Shown: in pieces, positions 23,454 to 35,799 of the stretch | Position numbering within the stretch: the first letter of the stretch is position 1 | Layout of the letters: each line of letters begins with the position of its first letter | Assembly (NCBI GenBank): GCA_002269645.1 | Contig: NIVC01001827.1 | Span: 1 to 64,000, forward strand | Direction of reading: 5' to 3' | Length of the DNA: 64,000 nucleotides | From: Macrostomum lignano | Lineage: Eukaryota | Notes under the pieces: generated by a model | The model's input: the letters and a program-made list of their open reading frames with translations, nothing else | The model's database searches: none | What the model was told of the DNA's origin: nothing | Program-made: the position numbers and the translations under genes

Positions 23454-23831
23454 GAGTTCCAGCGGGACATGCAGTTCTTCAAGGAGCACGGCCACACTGA
23501 GCGGGCGCCGAGCGTCAGCAGCAGCGGCGGTGGCGGCGGAGGCGGAGCCGGCAGCGTCGGTAGCGGCGGCGGCGGTCAGGATACCCCGGCTTCTCTGGCC
23601 GACGCCGCCGATCTGCTGCCGCCGCCGCCGCTGGACGACGCCGCCGAGGCGTTGGACAAATTTCTTGAAGCGAACGACGATGACGAAGATGTCGGCGAAG
23701 ATCCTGACGATGTTGACGCCGATGCGGCTGTCGAACTCGACGACGAAGAGGATGATGACGATGACGTCAGATCGCCGGTGTTTCCTGCCGCCGACGCCGA
23801 CGACTCATCTCAGGCAGCGCCTCAGGAGTGA
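23454..23831 (+). CDS. DTNBP1: Dysbindin exon 4 of 4 (terminal, Gly-rich and acidic tail)
   Basis: tctcag|GAG acceptor; EFQRDMQFFKEHG and EALDKFLE motifs; TGA at 23829-31. Confidence 0.88.
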   Translation, partial: EFQRDMQFFKEHGHTERAPSVSSSGGGGGGGAGSVGSGGGGQDTPASLADAADLLPPPPLDDAAEALDKFLEANDDDEDVGEDPDDVDADAAVELDDEEDDDDDVRSPVFPAADADDSSQAAPQE

Positions 23832-23945
23832 CAGCTTGGACTCGCGATGGAGTTGGGTTTGAATCTGTTAGACAATTTTAACCGTCTACCGGCTGTGTGG
23901 AGTGGCTTGTCATCAATTTTATAGTGTCTTACTGCTTTGTTTACA

Positions 23946-24590
23946 TAAAGTCCCAATTAGGAACCCTACAGTCCCAATTAGGAATCCTACAGCCCCAATT
24001 AGGAACCCTACAGTCCCAATTAGGAATCCTACAGTCCCAATTAGGAATCCTACAGTCCCAATTAGGAACCCTACAGTCCCAATTAGGAATGCTACAGTCC
24101 CAATTAGGAATCCTACAGTCCCAATTAGGAATCCTACAGTCCCAATTAGGAACCCTACAGTCCCAATTAGGAATCCTACAGTCCCAATTAGGAATCCTAC
24201 AGTCCCAATTAGGAATCCTACAGTCCCAATTAGGAATCCTACAGTCCCAATTAGGAATCCTACAGTCCCAATTAGGAACCCTACAGTCCCAATTAGGAAC
24301 CCTACAGTCCCAATTAGGAACCCTACAGTCCCAATTAGGAACCCTACAGTCCCAATTAGGAACCCTACAGTCCCAATTAGGAATCCTACAGTCCCAATTA
24401 GGAACCCTACAGTCCCAATTAGGAATCCTACAGTCCCAATTAGGAATCCTACAGTCCCAATTAGGAATCCTACAGTCCCAATTAGGAATCCTACAGTCCC
24501 AATTAGGAATCCTACAGTCCCAATTAGGAACCCTACAGTCCCAATTAGGAACCCTACAGTCCCAATTAGGAACCCTACAGTCCCAATTAG
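23946..24590. repeat. 21-bp minisatellite (CCTACAGTCCCAATTAGGAAT/C)n
   Basis: About 31 near-perfect copies. Confidence 0.95.
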
Positions 24591-25091
24591 CGTCTTCCAT
24601 CAGTTTTTCAGATCTGTGTCAGTAAGAAGAATTTCTTACTCATTCTCAACATCAAATGAGACTGCGACCCAGTTGCTTTTGCATTCAATTGTTGCTAGGA
24701 ACTTGATTTATTACAATGCTGTGAATTGCATGGATTTCAGCCGCACAGAATACAGTAATATTTAATTCTACTTCAGTATTTCAAATGTACATACTTATTT
24801 TGCGTTGCGGTCATTTACAATCCGAGACAATAAAAATTATGTTTAATCATATTTCTTTATTGCCAAATAAATTCCAAAATAAGATGATTACATTATCAAA
24901 CATTCTCCATTGATTGACAGCTAAGTTAAGCAAACTGGAATTTAAATGCATTGCGGTCTTTTAATAGACATCTGGACTTGGAAGGAAAATTTTGCTGATG
25001 CACCTACTGTAAGTATTGCAATGATCATTGTTAGTAACAAGGCATAACAAGTTCAAGTTGTGATTTTACACTGACGGTCCATCCTCTTCAA

Positions 25092-25391
25092 GGGTTGCCG
25101 TAGCCCAGTGGTCCAGCGCGGCGCTCTGATGTGCTAGCGGCCCAGGTTCGATTCCAAGTGCAGTCACGTTGCTTTGGGGCTAAATTGGAATATCGGCTTG
25201 GGGGGGGGGGGCAAACCCCAAGGCACATTGAAGTGTACATGCCTAACGATATATAAAGTCAGGGCCGCTGTACACTCCTGTGTGAGTGTGTGCCTGTGTG
25301 TATGACTGTATGCGCATCCGCGCGCCTGTGTGCCTGCTCAGGGGAGTCGGTGAAATGGGCAGCAATGGCTTAAACACAGCCCCCTGCCTCT
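25092..25391 (+). mobile_element. tRNA-derived SINE (family A), near full length
   Basis: A-box TAGCCCAGTGG, B-box GGTTCGATTCC, body CCCCAAGGCACA.TGAAGTGTACATGCCTAACG shared with 63193-63560. Confidence 0.85.
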
Positions 25392-25759
25392 ACGAGCGAA
25401 ATAGGAATTCTCTTCTATTGGTTATAATAATAAATCCCTTATAGCATGTAAAATTCAATTAGTGTACTTCTTATACTACTATCCTGTGAATAGTAGTCAA
25501 CTGAGAATATCTACTATATACCAGTTAATTAACTAGTGTAACTAGTCAACTTGAGCACTGGAATACAGCCCGAAGTTCGAGCGCTGCTCCGAGTCGAACC
25601 GGCTGCAAATAAAGGGTCAGAGCAGCTCACTGGCAGACGCGGCTGACTCTCGCGCTTCACGATCCTTGATTCGATTCTGCGCGCCGACATACTCACTTTT
25701 ATGGCTTGTGGGCGAAAACTGGCCAATGGGTTGCCGTGCGATTCACAGCCACGAGGGCC

Positions 25760-25860
25760 AACCCACCCCAAGGCGCAGAGAGTGCACATACCTGACGATT
25801 GGAAAGTCATGGCAGCTGTGCACCCTGTGTGAGCGCGTGTGTACGATTGTGCGTATTGAC
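25760..25860 (+). mobile_element. Diverged relative of the SINE family A body
   Basis: CCCCAAGGCGCAGAGAGTGCACATACCTGACG...TGTGCACCCTGTGTGAG aligns with the family A core. Confidence 0.6.
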
Positions 25861-26332
25861 GATCAGATCAGCCAGTGTCCTTCCATCTGCTGTTAATTTA
25901 CTCGTAGAATTTATTTTTCAAATGGCGCAATGCTTTGATGTGTTTGGTGAATTCAATACGTGTTAAATAAAGTGAACACTTTCTGTAATGATTGCTTGTG
26001 TTTGATGTTCGCTGCAACGGGCACTGGGTTGATAAGGAGGATAATATTGTATAGCCGTTCGAGCTGCATGCAGTCTCTCGGTCTAACTGGGTTACAGGAT
26101 CTGGTAGCGCAGCTGCTCGACTGCTAATTTTCGATTATTATTCCAAGAAAGAAAATGCAATAAAATTGCTGCGATGCTAAACATTCGCGAAGGGTGCGCT
26201 TATGAATATTTAATTTTTTTCATTTCAATATTTACATTTTCCGTATTCATTAGAGGCAGTGTAATATAGTTCGAGCTAGAATGCTACTACGAGTAGTAGG
26301 GGCATTTTGGAATCGCAGCGCCCTTGAAGGTC

Positions 26333-26467
26333 AACCCCCAAGGCACAGTGAAGTGTACATGCCTAACGATTAATAAAGTTAATCGCTGTACACTCCTGTG
26401 TGAGTGTGTGCCTGTGCGTATGACTGCGTACGTATCCGCGCGCTTGTGCCTGCTCAGGGGAGTCGGC
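26333..26467 (+). mobile_element. SINE family A body fragment (headless)
   Basis: Near-identical to 63341-63470. Confidence 0.8.
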
Positions 26468-26490
26468 TCTAACTGGATTCCACTGAAATC

Positions 26491-27791
26491 TAGATTGCTG
26501 TGTCATATTATTGCAATTGATTGCTGCGCAGTCTAGATTGCTGTGTCATATTATTGCAATTGATTGCTGCGCAGTCTAGATCGCTGTGTCATATTATTGC
26601 AATTGATTTCTGCGCAGTCTAGATTGCTGTGTCATATTATTGCAATTGATTGCTGCGCAGTCTAGATTGCTGTGTCATATTATTGCAATTGATTGCTGCG
26701 CAGTCTAGATTGCTGTGTCATATTATTGCAATTGATTGCTGCGCAGTCTAGATCGCTGTGTCATATTATTGCAATTGATTTCTGCGCAGTCTAGATTGCT
26801 GTGTCATATTATTGCAATTGATTGCTGCGCAGTCTAGATTGCTGTGTCATATTATTGCAATTGATTGCTGCGCAGTCTAGATTGCTGTGTCATATTATTG
26901 CAATTGATTGCTGCGCAGTCTAGATTGCTGTGTCATATTATTGCAATTGATTTCTGCGCAGTCTAGATTGCTGTGTCATATTATTGCAATTGATTTCTGC
27001 GCAGTCTAGATTGCTGTGTCATATTATTGCAATTGATTGCTGCGCAGTCTAGATTGTTTTGTCATATTATTGCAATTGATTGCTGCGCAGTCTAGATTGC
27101 TGTGTCATTATTATTGCAATTGATTGCTGCGCAGTCTAGATTGCTGTGTCATATTATTGCAATTGATTGCTGCGCAGTCTAGATTGCTGTGTCATATTAT
27201 TGCAATTGATTGCTGCGCAGTCTAGATTGCTGTGTCATATTATTGCAATTGATTGCTGCGCAGTCTAGATTGCTGTGTCATATTATTGCAATTGATTGCT
27301 GCGCAGTCTAGATTGCTGTGTCATATTATTGCAATTGATTGCTGCGCAGTCTAGATTGCTGTGTCATATTATTGCAATTGATTGCTGCGCAGTCTAGATT
27401 GCTGTGTCATATTATTGCAATTGATTGCTGCGCAGTCTAGATTGCTGTGTCATATTATTGCAATTGATTGCTGCGCAGTCTAGATTGCTGTGTCATATTA
27501 TTGCAATTGATTGCTGCGCAGTCTAGATTGCTGTGTCATATTATTGCAATTGATTGCTGCGCAGTCTAGATTGCTGTGTCATATTATTGCAATTGATTGC
27601 TGCGCAGTCTAGATTGCTGTGTCATATTATTGCAATTGATTGCTGCGCAGTCTAGATTGCTGTGTCATATTATTGCAATTGATTGCTGCGCAGTCTAGAT
27701 TGCTGTGTCATATTATTGCAATTGATTTCTGCGCAGTCTAGATTGCTGTGTCATATTATTGCAATTGATTGCTGCGCAGTCTAGATTGCTG
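26491..27791. repeat. 43-bp minisatellite (GATTGCTGTGTCATATTATTGCAATTGATTGCTGCGCAGTCTA)n
   Basis: About 30 highly homogeneous copies. Confidence 0.96.
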
Positions 27792-29438
27792 CAGAGTTTC
27801 CATCACGGGGGGCGCCGGGAAAGAGCAGCGGCCAGCCAACATGTACACCAGCTGTGTGGTAAACTGAGAGAAGCGAGGAGATTCGCAGCAGTCATCCGAG
27901 CCAATGCACACAGACAGGCCCCATGGAGTGCCTGGCAACTGTGCCAGTCTGCAGCACTATGATGCCTCCCGGCAGCGGCAAACAAATATTTGAGTCGCCA
28001 CGCCTATTCTGGGCACTGCTGTAGCCGCACCCATGCACACACACACACACACACAATAAGCACTGCTACGAGAGAAAGGAAAGCTTCATTAATTTTAAAT
28101 CGCGCTGGTCTGCAGTGGATGGTCCTGAGTGCCTCATTTTTTCTCCAGCTCTATATATATTATATATATATAAAATCTGCTGCACTTGCCACAAGATGGA
28201 GACTTGGCTGCTTTACAAGCAGCCCTGAGAACCCATTGCGGCATTTCAACTCTCTCTCTCTCTGTCGCCTCTAACACCGCGGCCAACAATTATGGCCACC
28301 CCCTGTTGTCGGTAATTTGTCAATCTTAGATTTGCGGCAAGAAAACAGAGACCCAATGTAATTTGGCAGAAGTTTTTTTACAGCTTTACAAGAAAGTACG
28401 CTCGTAATCAACTGGCTAAGGTATGTGAAATAGCTAGCTTTAATTAGATTGCTAACACCCTTTAAGGTGTAACACGCCACCCTCGCCAAAATATTCTTCA
28501 AGCTATCATTAATAATAACTGCAGCCATTCAGCAATTGCTCAGACTTGAAATTGCTTTCTCTTGCCTTTCTCTGTGTTTGCTAAAAATAAGCAACACCTG
28601 GATGAGACTTGAAACATTATTTGGCTATAGAAGCGCGCGGTGGAGCAGCTGGAAACCATGCAGAATGCTTCATCTGGCGCGTGCAGCGATGCTGACAGGC
28701 CAGAGGGGCAGACAAAGCTTTAGAGATGCACACAGAGCATTGGGAGTTGGAAAATTCTCTCGCTCTTATGCGTCACACGCAGAAATAGGTGCCTAGCTTT
28801 CCATTAGTGCATGCAAATTTCAACCGACTGGATCCCTGTTGATGTAACAAAAAGTTAACTCACTTTGGGATTGACTATAGTTTGAAGTGGATCTGTTTCA
28901 AAAAAGGTTCGATTTTATCAATCTAGTACCTATATGCACTAGCCGTGGCCAGTCCTACTGCCTCAAGCATTTCAACTGCGGTAGACACGATTGGACGAGT
29001 CGCGTTGCACGCAATACCGTGACTGCGACAGCAAGTGAACCGCGTCTGCCGTGGCGAAGGTGAAAGCTGCAGCTTCCATCATCGTTTAGCTGGAAACTGG
29101 CAGGCAGTCAGTCTAGCCAGAGCCATCAGTGCCAATTCCGCTATCTTTCTCGGTCAATATTTATCACTTTAGGCAAAAGCATTTCAACAGCTGAACTGTG
29201 GAAAGCAAAAACTTGTTTACACTTCGCTTGGTGACGCCCTGAAGCGGTGCAGCGTCTGGTTGGAGAGCTCCGATTTAATAGTTTGAAGTCACAAAACTGT
29301 GAAAGAAAGAAACGCGCTTTCAAACTAAAATCTATCAATCAATTAGTGAGTTGTGAGCCTCTTAAACTGTGAAGATATGAAGAGAGAAACTGAGTCCAGT
29401 GATCCTGGGAGCAATATTTCTTTGACACGCAAATTAAA

Positions 29439-30650
29439 TCAGGTGCTTCTGAGGTACATTTTTAGCGGAGAAGCACCTGAGGTACATCTGTAGCGGAGAA
29501 GCACCTGAGGTACATATGTAGGGGAGAAGCAACCGAGGTACATCTGTAGCGGAGAAGCACTTGAGGTACATCTGTAGGGGAGAAGCACCTGAGGTACATC
29601 TGTAGCGGAGAAGCACCTGAGGTACATCTGTAGCGGAGAAGCACCTGAGGTACATATGTAGTGGAGAAGCACCTGAGGTTAATCTGTAGGGGAGAAGCAA
29701 CCGAGGTACATCTGTAGTGGAGAAGCACCTGAGGTACATATGTAGTGGAGAAGCACCTGAGGTTAATCTGTAGGGGAGAAGCAACCGAGGTACATCTGTA
29801 GTGGAGAAGCACCTGAGGTTAATCTGTAGGGGAGAAGCAACCGAGGTACATCTGTAGTGGAGAAGCACCTGAGGTACATCTGTAGGGGAGAAGCACCTGA
29901 GGTACATCTGTAGCGGAGAAGCACCTGAGGTACATCTGTAGCGGAGAAGCACCTGAGGTACATATGTAGTGGAGAAGCACCTGAGGTTAATCTGTAGGGG
30001 AGAAGCAACCGAGGTACATCTGTAGTGGAGAAGCACCTGAGGTACATCTGTAGTGGAGAAGCACCTGAGGTACATCTGTAGCGGAGAAGCACCTGAGGTA
30101 CATCTGTAGGGGAGAAGCACCTGAGGTTAATCTGTAGGGGAGAAGCAACCGAGGTACATCTGTAGTGGAGAAGCACCTGAGGTACATCTGTAGTGGAGAA
30201 GCACCTGAGGTTAATCTGTAGGGGAGAAGCAACCGAGGTACATCTGTAGTGGAGAAGCACCTGAGGTACATCTGTAGCGGAGAAGCACCTGAGGTACATC
30301 TGTAGGGGAGAAGCAACCGAGGTACATCTGTAGTGGAGAAGCACCTGAGGTACATCTGTAGGGGAGAAGCACCTGAGGTACATCTGTAGCGGAGAAGCAC
30401 CTGAGGTACATCTGTAGCGGAGAAGCACCTGAGGTACATCTGTAGGGGAGAAGCACCTGAGGTACATCTGTAGCGGAGAAGCACCTGAGGTTAATCTGTA
30501 GCGGAGAAGCACCTGAGGTTAATCTGTAGCGGAGAAGCACCTGAGGTTAATCTATAGCGGAGAAGCACCTGAGGTTAATCTGTAGCGGAGAAGCACCTGA
30601 GGTTAATCTGTAGCGGAGAAGCACCTGAGGTACATCTGTACCGGAGAAGC
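29439..30650. repeat. 28-bp minisatellite (GGAGAAGCACCTGAGGTACATCTGTAGC)n
   Basis: About 43 copies with interspersed variants. Confidence 0.95.
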
Positions 30651-32155
30651 CTCGCTTTATCACTCTATAACTTGGACGCGATAAAATAATACGGTATACT
30701 CGTATTTGCATAGTCCCAAACTGCAGCGTTAGCTGCACCGGCTGCAGTATTGACCAAAAATCCCTCAACTTTTATAAGGGAAACGGGGACACAGTGAGGA
30801 TATTGTAAAAAGGTGTAATCGTCGAGAGTGAGAGTTAATGCTGCTGCTGAGTCGATTTCTGCTCCAATTCCCAAACCCACGCGGTCCCCTCCCTTGTGGG
30901 ACAGTCGATAAAGCGGAGTTCTTCCCTTGTCTGTCTCCCTGCTCCCCACCGTGGGAGGTGCACTGCTGAGTCCGTGTAGCATTCAGGGGGGGGGAATTGT
31001 ATCTGTCATTGGGCGCCAAGTAGTGTGTGAATAAAACTGCGCCATGCAGTGAGAAATTTGAGCCTCCGATACGCTTGCATTCCCTACGCCTTAAATACAG
31101 TGTCTGTAATGCCGCTGTGCCGGCCTTAAAAACTTTCAATTCCAGTACCTGGGGCGGCCAACTCTCTGCAAACCTATGTCTGCGATCCCTTCCCTCTGTC
31201 TTCCCCTTCGCATGGATCAAATAGCCCGCATCTGTTATCAGAATGAAGCACGCCAGGGCTGAAACACTCTGAAAGTGGAATTGGAAGATCTTAACTGACA
31301 CACCTTGTTAAGTGGGGTGTCTAGGGTGCTCAAGCAATTGTTGAGGAGTTGATATTATCGAGATTAAAGATTAGTGGGCAGCGGAAGTGGCAAGGGGAGG
31401 ATTGGGATCGATAAAAGGTGCAGAAGGGAGAGTGAGTTGTTGATAAGCGAGACAATCTCCCATAAGATGGCCAAAAAGAGGCACAGAAAGTCGAAAAGGA
31501 TTTAAAATCATTTTCCAGAGCATAAAATATTTCAGAATCACTTAGAGACCCGCTGTATCAAAGTGCATTGGAATGGGCAATGGTGCAATGGGGCAGCTGG
31601 CTTACTCCAAATTTGGCAGGCAAATGTGTTGTAAAGTGGGGACAGTGTGCGTCAGTAAGCAGACTGTGCAGGGCCTCAGGGACCCCCAGAGGTAGTTGCA
31701 TAATTGATAGCGGCTAGTGCTTTACAAAGCTTGTATGGCCGGGAATGAACAGTAGATATACTTCACTCTTCTAATGCCCATCCCCCCTCTCTCTCAGCGT
31801 TTTCGCACGCGCAGGTGAGGTTGTACGCTCGTATACAAGTGTGGGAGCAGATGCCCAGCTGTTGGTCAGGCCATCTCCAGCCAGTCAGTCATTTTAGTCT
31901 TCAAAATTGATGATTGAGGGCCGGGAGCGGGCATGCCAAACTGATAAACAAAATGAGGACTGTGGAGAGGGGATTTGAGGCGGTCGGCCCAGCTCTGCGC
32001 CCTCCGATGCCAGCCAATGGGAATCAGTGGCCGCGGAGCTAGCAGTTGTCGGATCAGTCAAATTTCTATAAAAATGCGCTCGCGTCAACCTCTAAGCGAC
32101 AGTCTGGCGGCTTTGCGGCTATGGGAACTTAGACTGCAGGCCTCGGCTCTGAGAG

Positions 32156-34786
32156 ATGCACTGTGCGAGGGCCTCCGCACTGCTGCTGCTTCTGGCCGCT
32201 GCTCTGCTCTGCAGGAGGATCAGCGGCCTGGACGACTGCCGGCGGCTCTGTCCGGCCGCCTGTCCGGTCTGCAGCTTCCGCTACGCATTCGCCCAGCACC
32301 ATCTGGAGCTCGACTGCGCTTTTGCTGCCGACGCTGGCGCTCTGACACCTCTGACGAACTGCCTGGCTGGCGGCGACCTCAATGTGCTGATCATCCGCCG
32401 GGTGCGCTCGGCTGTCCGGCTGCTCAGCAAGCTGTCCGGCCTGCCGCGCCTCATCTACCTCAACTTGAGCCGCAACGACGTCACAGGCCTGCCAGCCGGC
32501 GCCTTCGCCGGATTCGCCGAGCTGCGCGACCTCGTCCTCGACGCCAACAGAATCGACAGCCTCGCCGACGGGTCGCTGGCGGCGCCTCGACTGCGCCGGC
32601 TCAGCTTGGCGCGCAACCGGCTGGCCAACATCTCGGCGGCGGCGTTTGGCAGCGCCGCCAATCAGCTGACGCGGATTGACCTCAGCCACAACCTGCTGGA
32701 CGAGCTGACGGACTGGCCTCTGCTGCTGGCTGAGCGGGCCGGACACCGGCCGGGCGTCAGGCGGAGCCTGCGGCTGCTGCTCGACCACAACCAGGTGCGC
32801 CAGTTCACGGCTGAGCGGCGGTGGCCGGCCTATATGCTGGGCCGTCTGGCGGATGCTGGGCTCAACATCAGCCTGGTTGGCAACGGCATCCGCCACCTCG
32901 GCGTCCTGCTCAGCGGCTGGCACCTGCTCGACAATCAGCCGCCGGCTCGGGCAGAAAACTGGCGACCACTGATCAGCAGCCTGGCCGGAAATCCCCTGCA
33001 CTGCGACTGCGAAGACTTCCGGCTTCTCTATCCCGACGGCGGGCGCACCTCCCCGCTGGCCGCACTGCTGGAAAGCTCAGCCGCGCTGCCCGAATGCGCC
33101 GAGCCCGCCGAGTTGCGCGGCCGTCGTCCACTGGTTGGCGCCAAGTTCCGGCCCGGCCTGGCGCCCGCGGAGCTCGTCTGCCAGCGCCAGCCCTGCCTTG
33201 ACTCGGCCGCCGGGCGCTGCCGCTGCACCGAAGAGCCGTGGCGCCAGGCGCTGTCTGTTGACTGTCGCGGAGTGACGCTTGACCGTCTGCCGCACTGGCG
33301 GGAGCTGCCGCCCCTCCCGGTCAGCGGCGGCTACGCCTACCGGTTCAACTTCAGCGGCGGCCGACTGGCCAGCCGCGGCCTGCCCGGCATGCCGAAGGTC
33401 TTCCGCGAGGCCGTCAGTCTCGACCTGAGCGGCACCGGACTCGAGGATCTGCCGGCCCGCTACCTGGCCAAGCTGCAGAGCCTGGAAGAGCTCATGCTGC
33501 ATCACAATCTGCTCACCCGGCTTGACCCGGAACTAGCCAGGACGTCGTTTCCTCGGCTTCGCCGGCTCCGCCTGGACAGAAACCCCTGGCACTGCGGCTG
33601 CAACTCCAGCTGGCTGCCCGGCTGGCTGCGCGCCCTGCGCCACACGCTACTGGCGCCTGACGATGTGCGCTGCGCCGAGCCGCCGCGCCTGCGCGACCGA
33701 TCGCTGCTGTCGCTGAGCTCCGCCGTCCTGTGCGACCTACCGGAGCCGCGGCCGGCAAACCGGGGCTACGACCGGCTGGCCCTCAGCTCGTCCGCCATCA
33801 GCGCCGCCCTGGCCCTGGCTACCATGGCCCTCTTGGCCGCCTTCTGCGGCCGGGTCAGCCTGTTCGCCAGCTGCGGCCTGCACCCCTTCGACAGGGACGA
33901 GTGCGCCGGCGAAGCCAAATCCTGCGACGCGTTTATCATGTTCCACCCAGACGATGCGGACTGGGTAGCCGCCGTGCTAGTAGAGAAGCTGCGCCGCCGG
34001 CCGCGGCCCTACGCCCTGTGCACCCACGACCGCACCCGGCTGCCCGGCGTCCCCGCCTACCCGGCCGTCTGGCACGCCGTGGAGTCCAGCAAGCGCGTCC
34101 TGGCGGTGGTCACCGACAGCTTCTTAGCCAGCGTGGATTCCTGCACAGACTACCAGCTGGCTGTTCACTTCCTGGCCGCGCGAGCCCGACCTCGCCGCGC
34201 CTGCCGCCTGGTGCACATCCTGTTCCCCGGTGTTCGCCGGCTCCCGCCCGGCCTGTTGGGCGTCGGCGGACGCGCCGCAGCAGCCCGCGCTGTTGCTCTG
34301 CGCTACGGCCGGCGCGGCTTCTGGCGCGAGCTGTTCTACCGGATGCCGCTGTGCGCAGCCAATGGGGTGGCCGCTGCTGCCGATGCAGCCGCCAGAGCCG
34401 TGGTGGATTCCTCGTCGCACTCGGCCTGCGCCAGCCCGCGCCGCCTGCTGTCCGCCTCCGCGGGCATCGTCGACAGCTTCAAGCAGGACGAGGACGAGAG
34501 CGGCGTCAATGAGAACCCGTGGAGTCAGTACGGTGGATTCGCAGCAAGCCGACAGCGCAGCAGCCACTGTCCGATGCACCGGCCACTACGACAGACTCTG
34601 ACGATGCCCAGACACTGCGGCAGCTTCTGTGGCGGCGTCAGCGCAGCGGCGGCGGCTGCGGCAGCGTCGGCAGCGTCTGGCGCCCAGCCCGGAGGCTCCT
34701 GCGCGACGCTCAGCACCTTTCGATCGCCGCAGCGTCGCTACGGAGATGAAGCGATGGACTTTGAGTTCAGCGAGGCCACGGTTTGA
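32156..34786 (+). CDS. Toll-like receptor, multiple-cysteine-cluster (protostome Toll-type), intronless, 876 aa
   Basis: Signal peptide; LRRNT; LRRs (LxxLxLxxN); LRRCT1 GNPLHCDC; second LRRNT CRC..VDC; LRRs; LRRCT2 RNPWHCGC; TM helix; TIR at about 33923-34348 with box1 CDAFIMF, box2 LCTHDRTRLPG and box3 FWRELFYRMP. Confidence 0.93.
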   Translation: MHCARASALLLLLAAALLCRRISGLDDCRRLCPAACPVCSFRYAFAQHHLELDCAFAADAGALTPLTNCLAGGDLNVLIIRRVRSAVRLLSKLSGLPRLIYLNLSRNDVTGLPAGAFAGFAELRDLVLDANRIDSLADGSLAAPRLRRLSLARNRLANISAAAFGSAANQLTRIDLSHNLLDELTDWPLLLAERAGHRPGVRRSLRLLLDHNQVRQFTAERRWPAYMLGRLADAGLNISLVGNGIRHLGVLLSGWHLLDNQPPARAENWRPLISSLAGNPLHCDCEDFRLLYPDGGRTSPLAALLESSAALPECAEPAELRGRRPLVGAKFRPGLAPAELVCQRQPCLDSAAGRCRCTEEPWRQALSVDCRGVTLDRLPHWRELPPLPVSGGYAYRFNFSGGRLASRGLPGMPKVFREAVSLDLSGTGLEDLPARYLAKLQSLEELMLHHNLLTRLDPELARTSFPRLRRLRLDRNPWHCGCNSSWLPGWLRALRHTLLAPDDVRCAEPPRLRDRSLLSLSSAVLCDLPEPRPANRGYDRLALSSSAISAALALATMALLAAFCGRVSLFASCGLHPFDRDECAGEAKSCDAFIMFHPDDADWVAAVLVEKLRRRPRPYALCTHDRTRLPGVPAYPAVWHAVESSKRVLAVVTDSFLASVDSCTDYQLAVHFLAARARPRRACRLVHILFPGVRRLPPGLLGVGGRAAAARAVALRYGRRGFWRELFYRMPLCAANGVAAAADAAARAVVDSSSHSACASPRRLLSASAGIVDSFKQDEDESGVNENPWSQYGGFAASRQRSSHCPMHRPLRQTLTMPRHCGSFCGGVSAAAAAAAASAASGAQPGGSCATLSTFRSPQRRYGDEAMDFEFSEATV

Positions 34787-35799
34787 TTGAGAATATGTGC
34801 GCCGAGCAGCCTAATTGTATTTAATGCTCACTTCTCTCACTAGTATTCCCAGACTTTAGCGTATCGAAGAGTTATTTGTTTTTTCTCATGCATCCTGATT
34901 TGTTAGTTTAGTCAGCCATGCCTATTGCAGCCCATGCGCTGAAAGTTAGCCCTGCCCGCCGGCTGTGGGGCAGGCGCATTTCTAAGAAACTGGAATGGGA
35001 ATCGGCCGAGTTTGCACTCGAGCGGATCAAGGGATCAGAGGGATGGGAAGCCAAATGGGCTTTTGGTGATGCCTCACTTTGCCCACCTCTGACCCATCCC
35101 TCACTGGCGGGTGGGGTGGGCCGGGGGGGCTGACAAGTGGGACATGAAAGCGCGTCTCTCCAGGCTCCCAGCGGGCCATAAAGGTCGGATGATGGGGGGG
35201 GGGTTCAGCAGCTTCCAGCCGCTCCGTAGGGCTCGGGGTGGTGCGGGACAGAGATCACGCCCCGGAGAGCATGTCAGTGGGACAGGGGAGGGGCGCGACC
35301 ATGTGGAGATAATCTGTTTGCCCATGGTCCTCTTTCCTATTCTAAATCAGCCCAAGCTATCCAAGGCTAGAGCAGTATTTCGCCTCAATTTGCATGCCGC
35401 ATGTTGAATTCCTCCGGCTGAAGGTTAGGAGCCAGCGAGAGAGCCTGAGGTCCTCTATGCAAACTGATATCTTGATACTGACTGCCTGAGCGAATGGCGA
35501 GAGAATAAGAATTATCCACTTGAATGGCATTCCAATTGACTTTGGTATGGAAGAGAAAGCGTTGATCGATGCTTCAAGTTTTAATGGCTCAATTGTGTTT
35601 TTTTGAAAGAATGCAAATATTTATTTTAAATTTAGCTTGTCGAATTAGTAAAATAGATTCAGTAGGAAAATCTAACTTACAATTGCTTGCAAATATTAAA
35701 TTAGTCTTATCAGCCTTCATTCTATCCTTCAACCATACCGACTTAGATTAGCAATCCATTCTATTCTTTCAACCACAACCATAACAAGCATAAAACAAT

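Noticed and set aside
30665-31760. Retrotransposon or gene fragment upstream of the TLR
   Set aside because: Short ORFs without recognisable motifs or consistent splice signals
32129-34749. Overlapping antisense and alternate-frame ORFs across the TLR (also across the SUCLG2 and SK exons)
   Set aside because: Expected shadows of GC-rich codon usage; no recognisable domains
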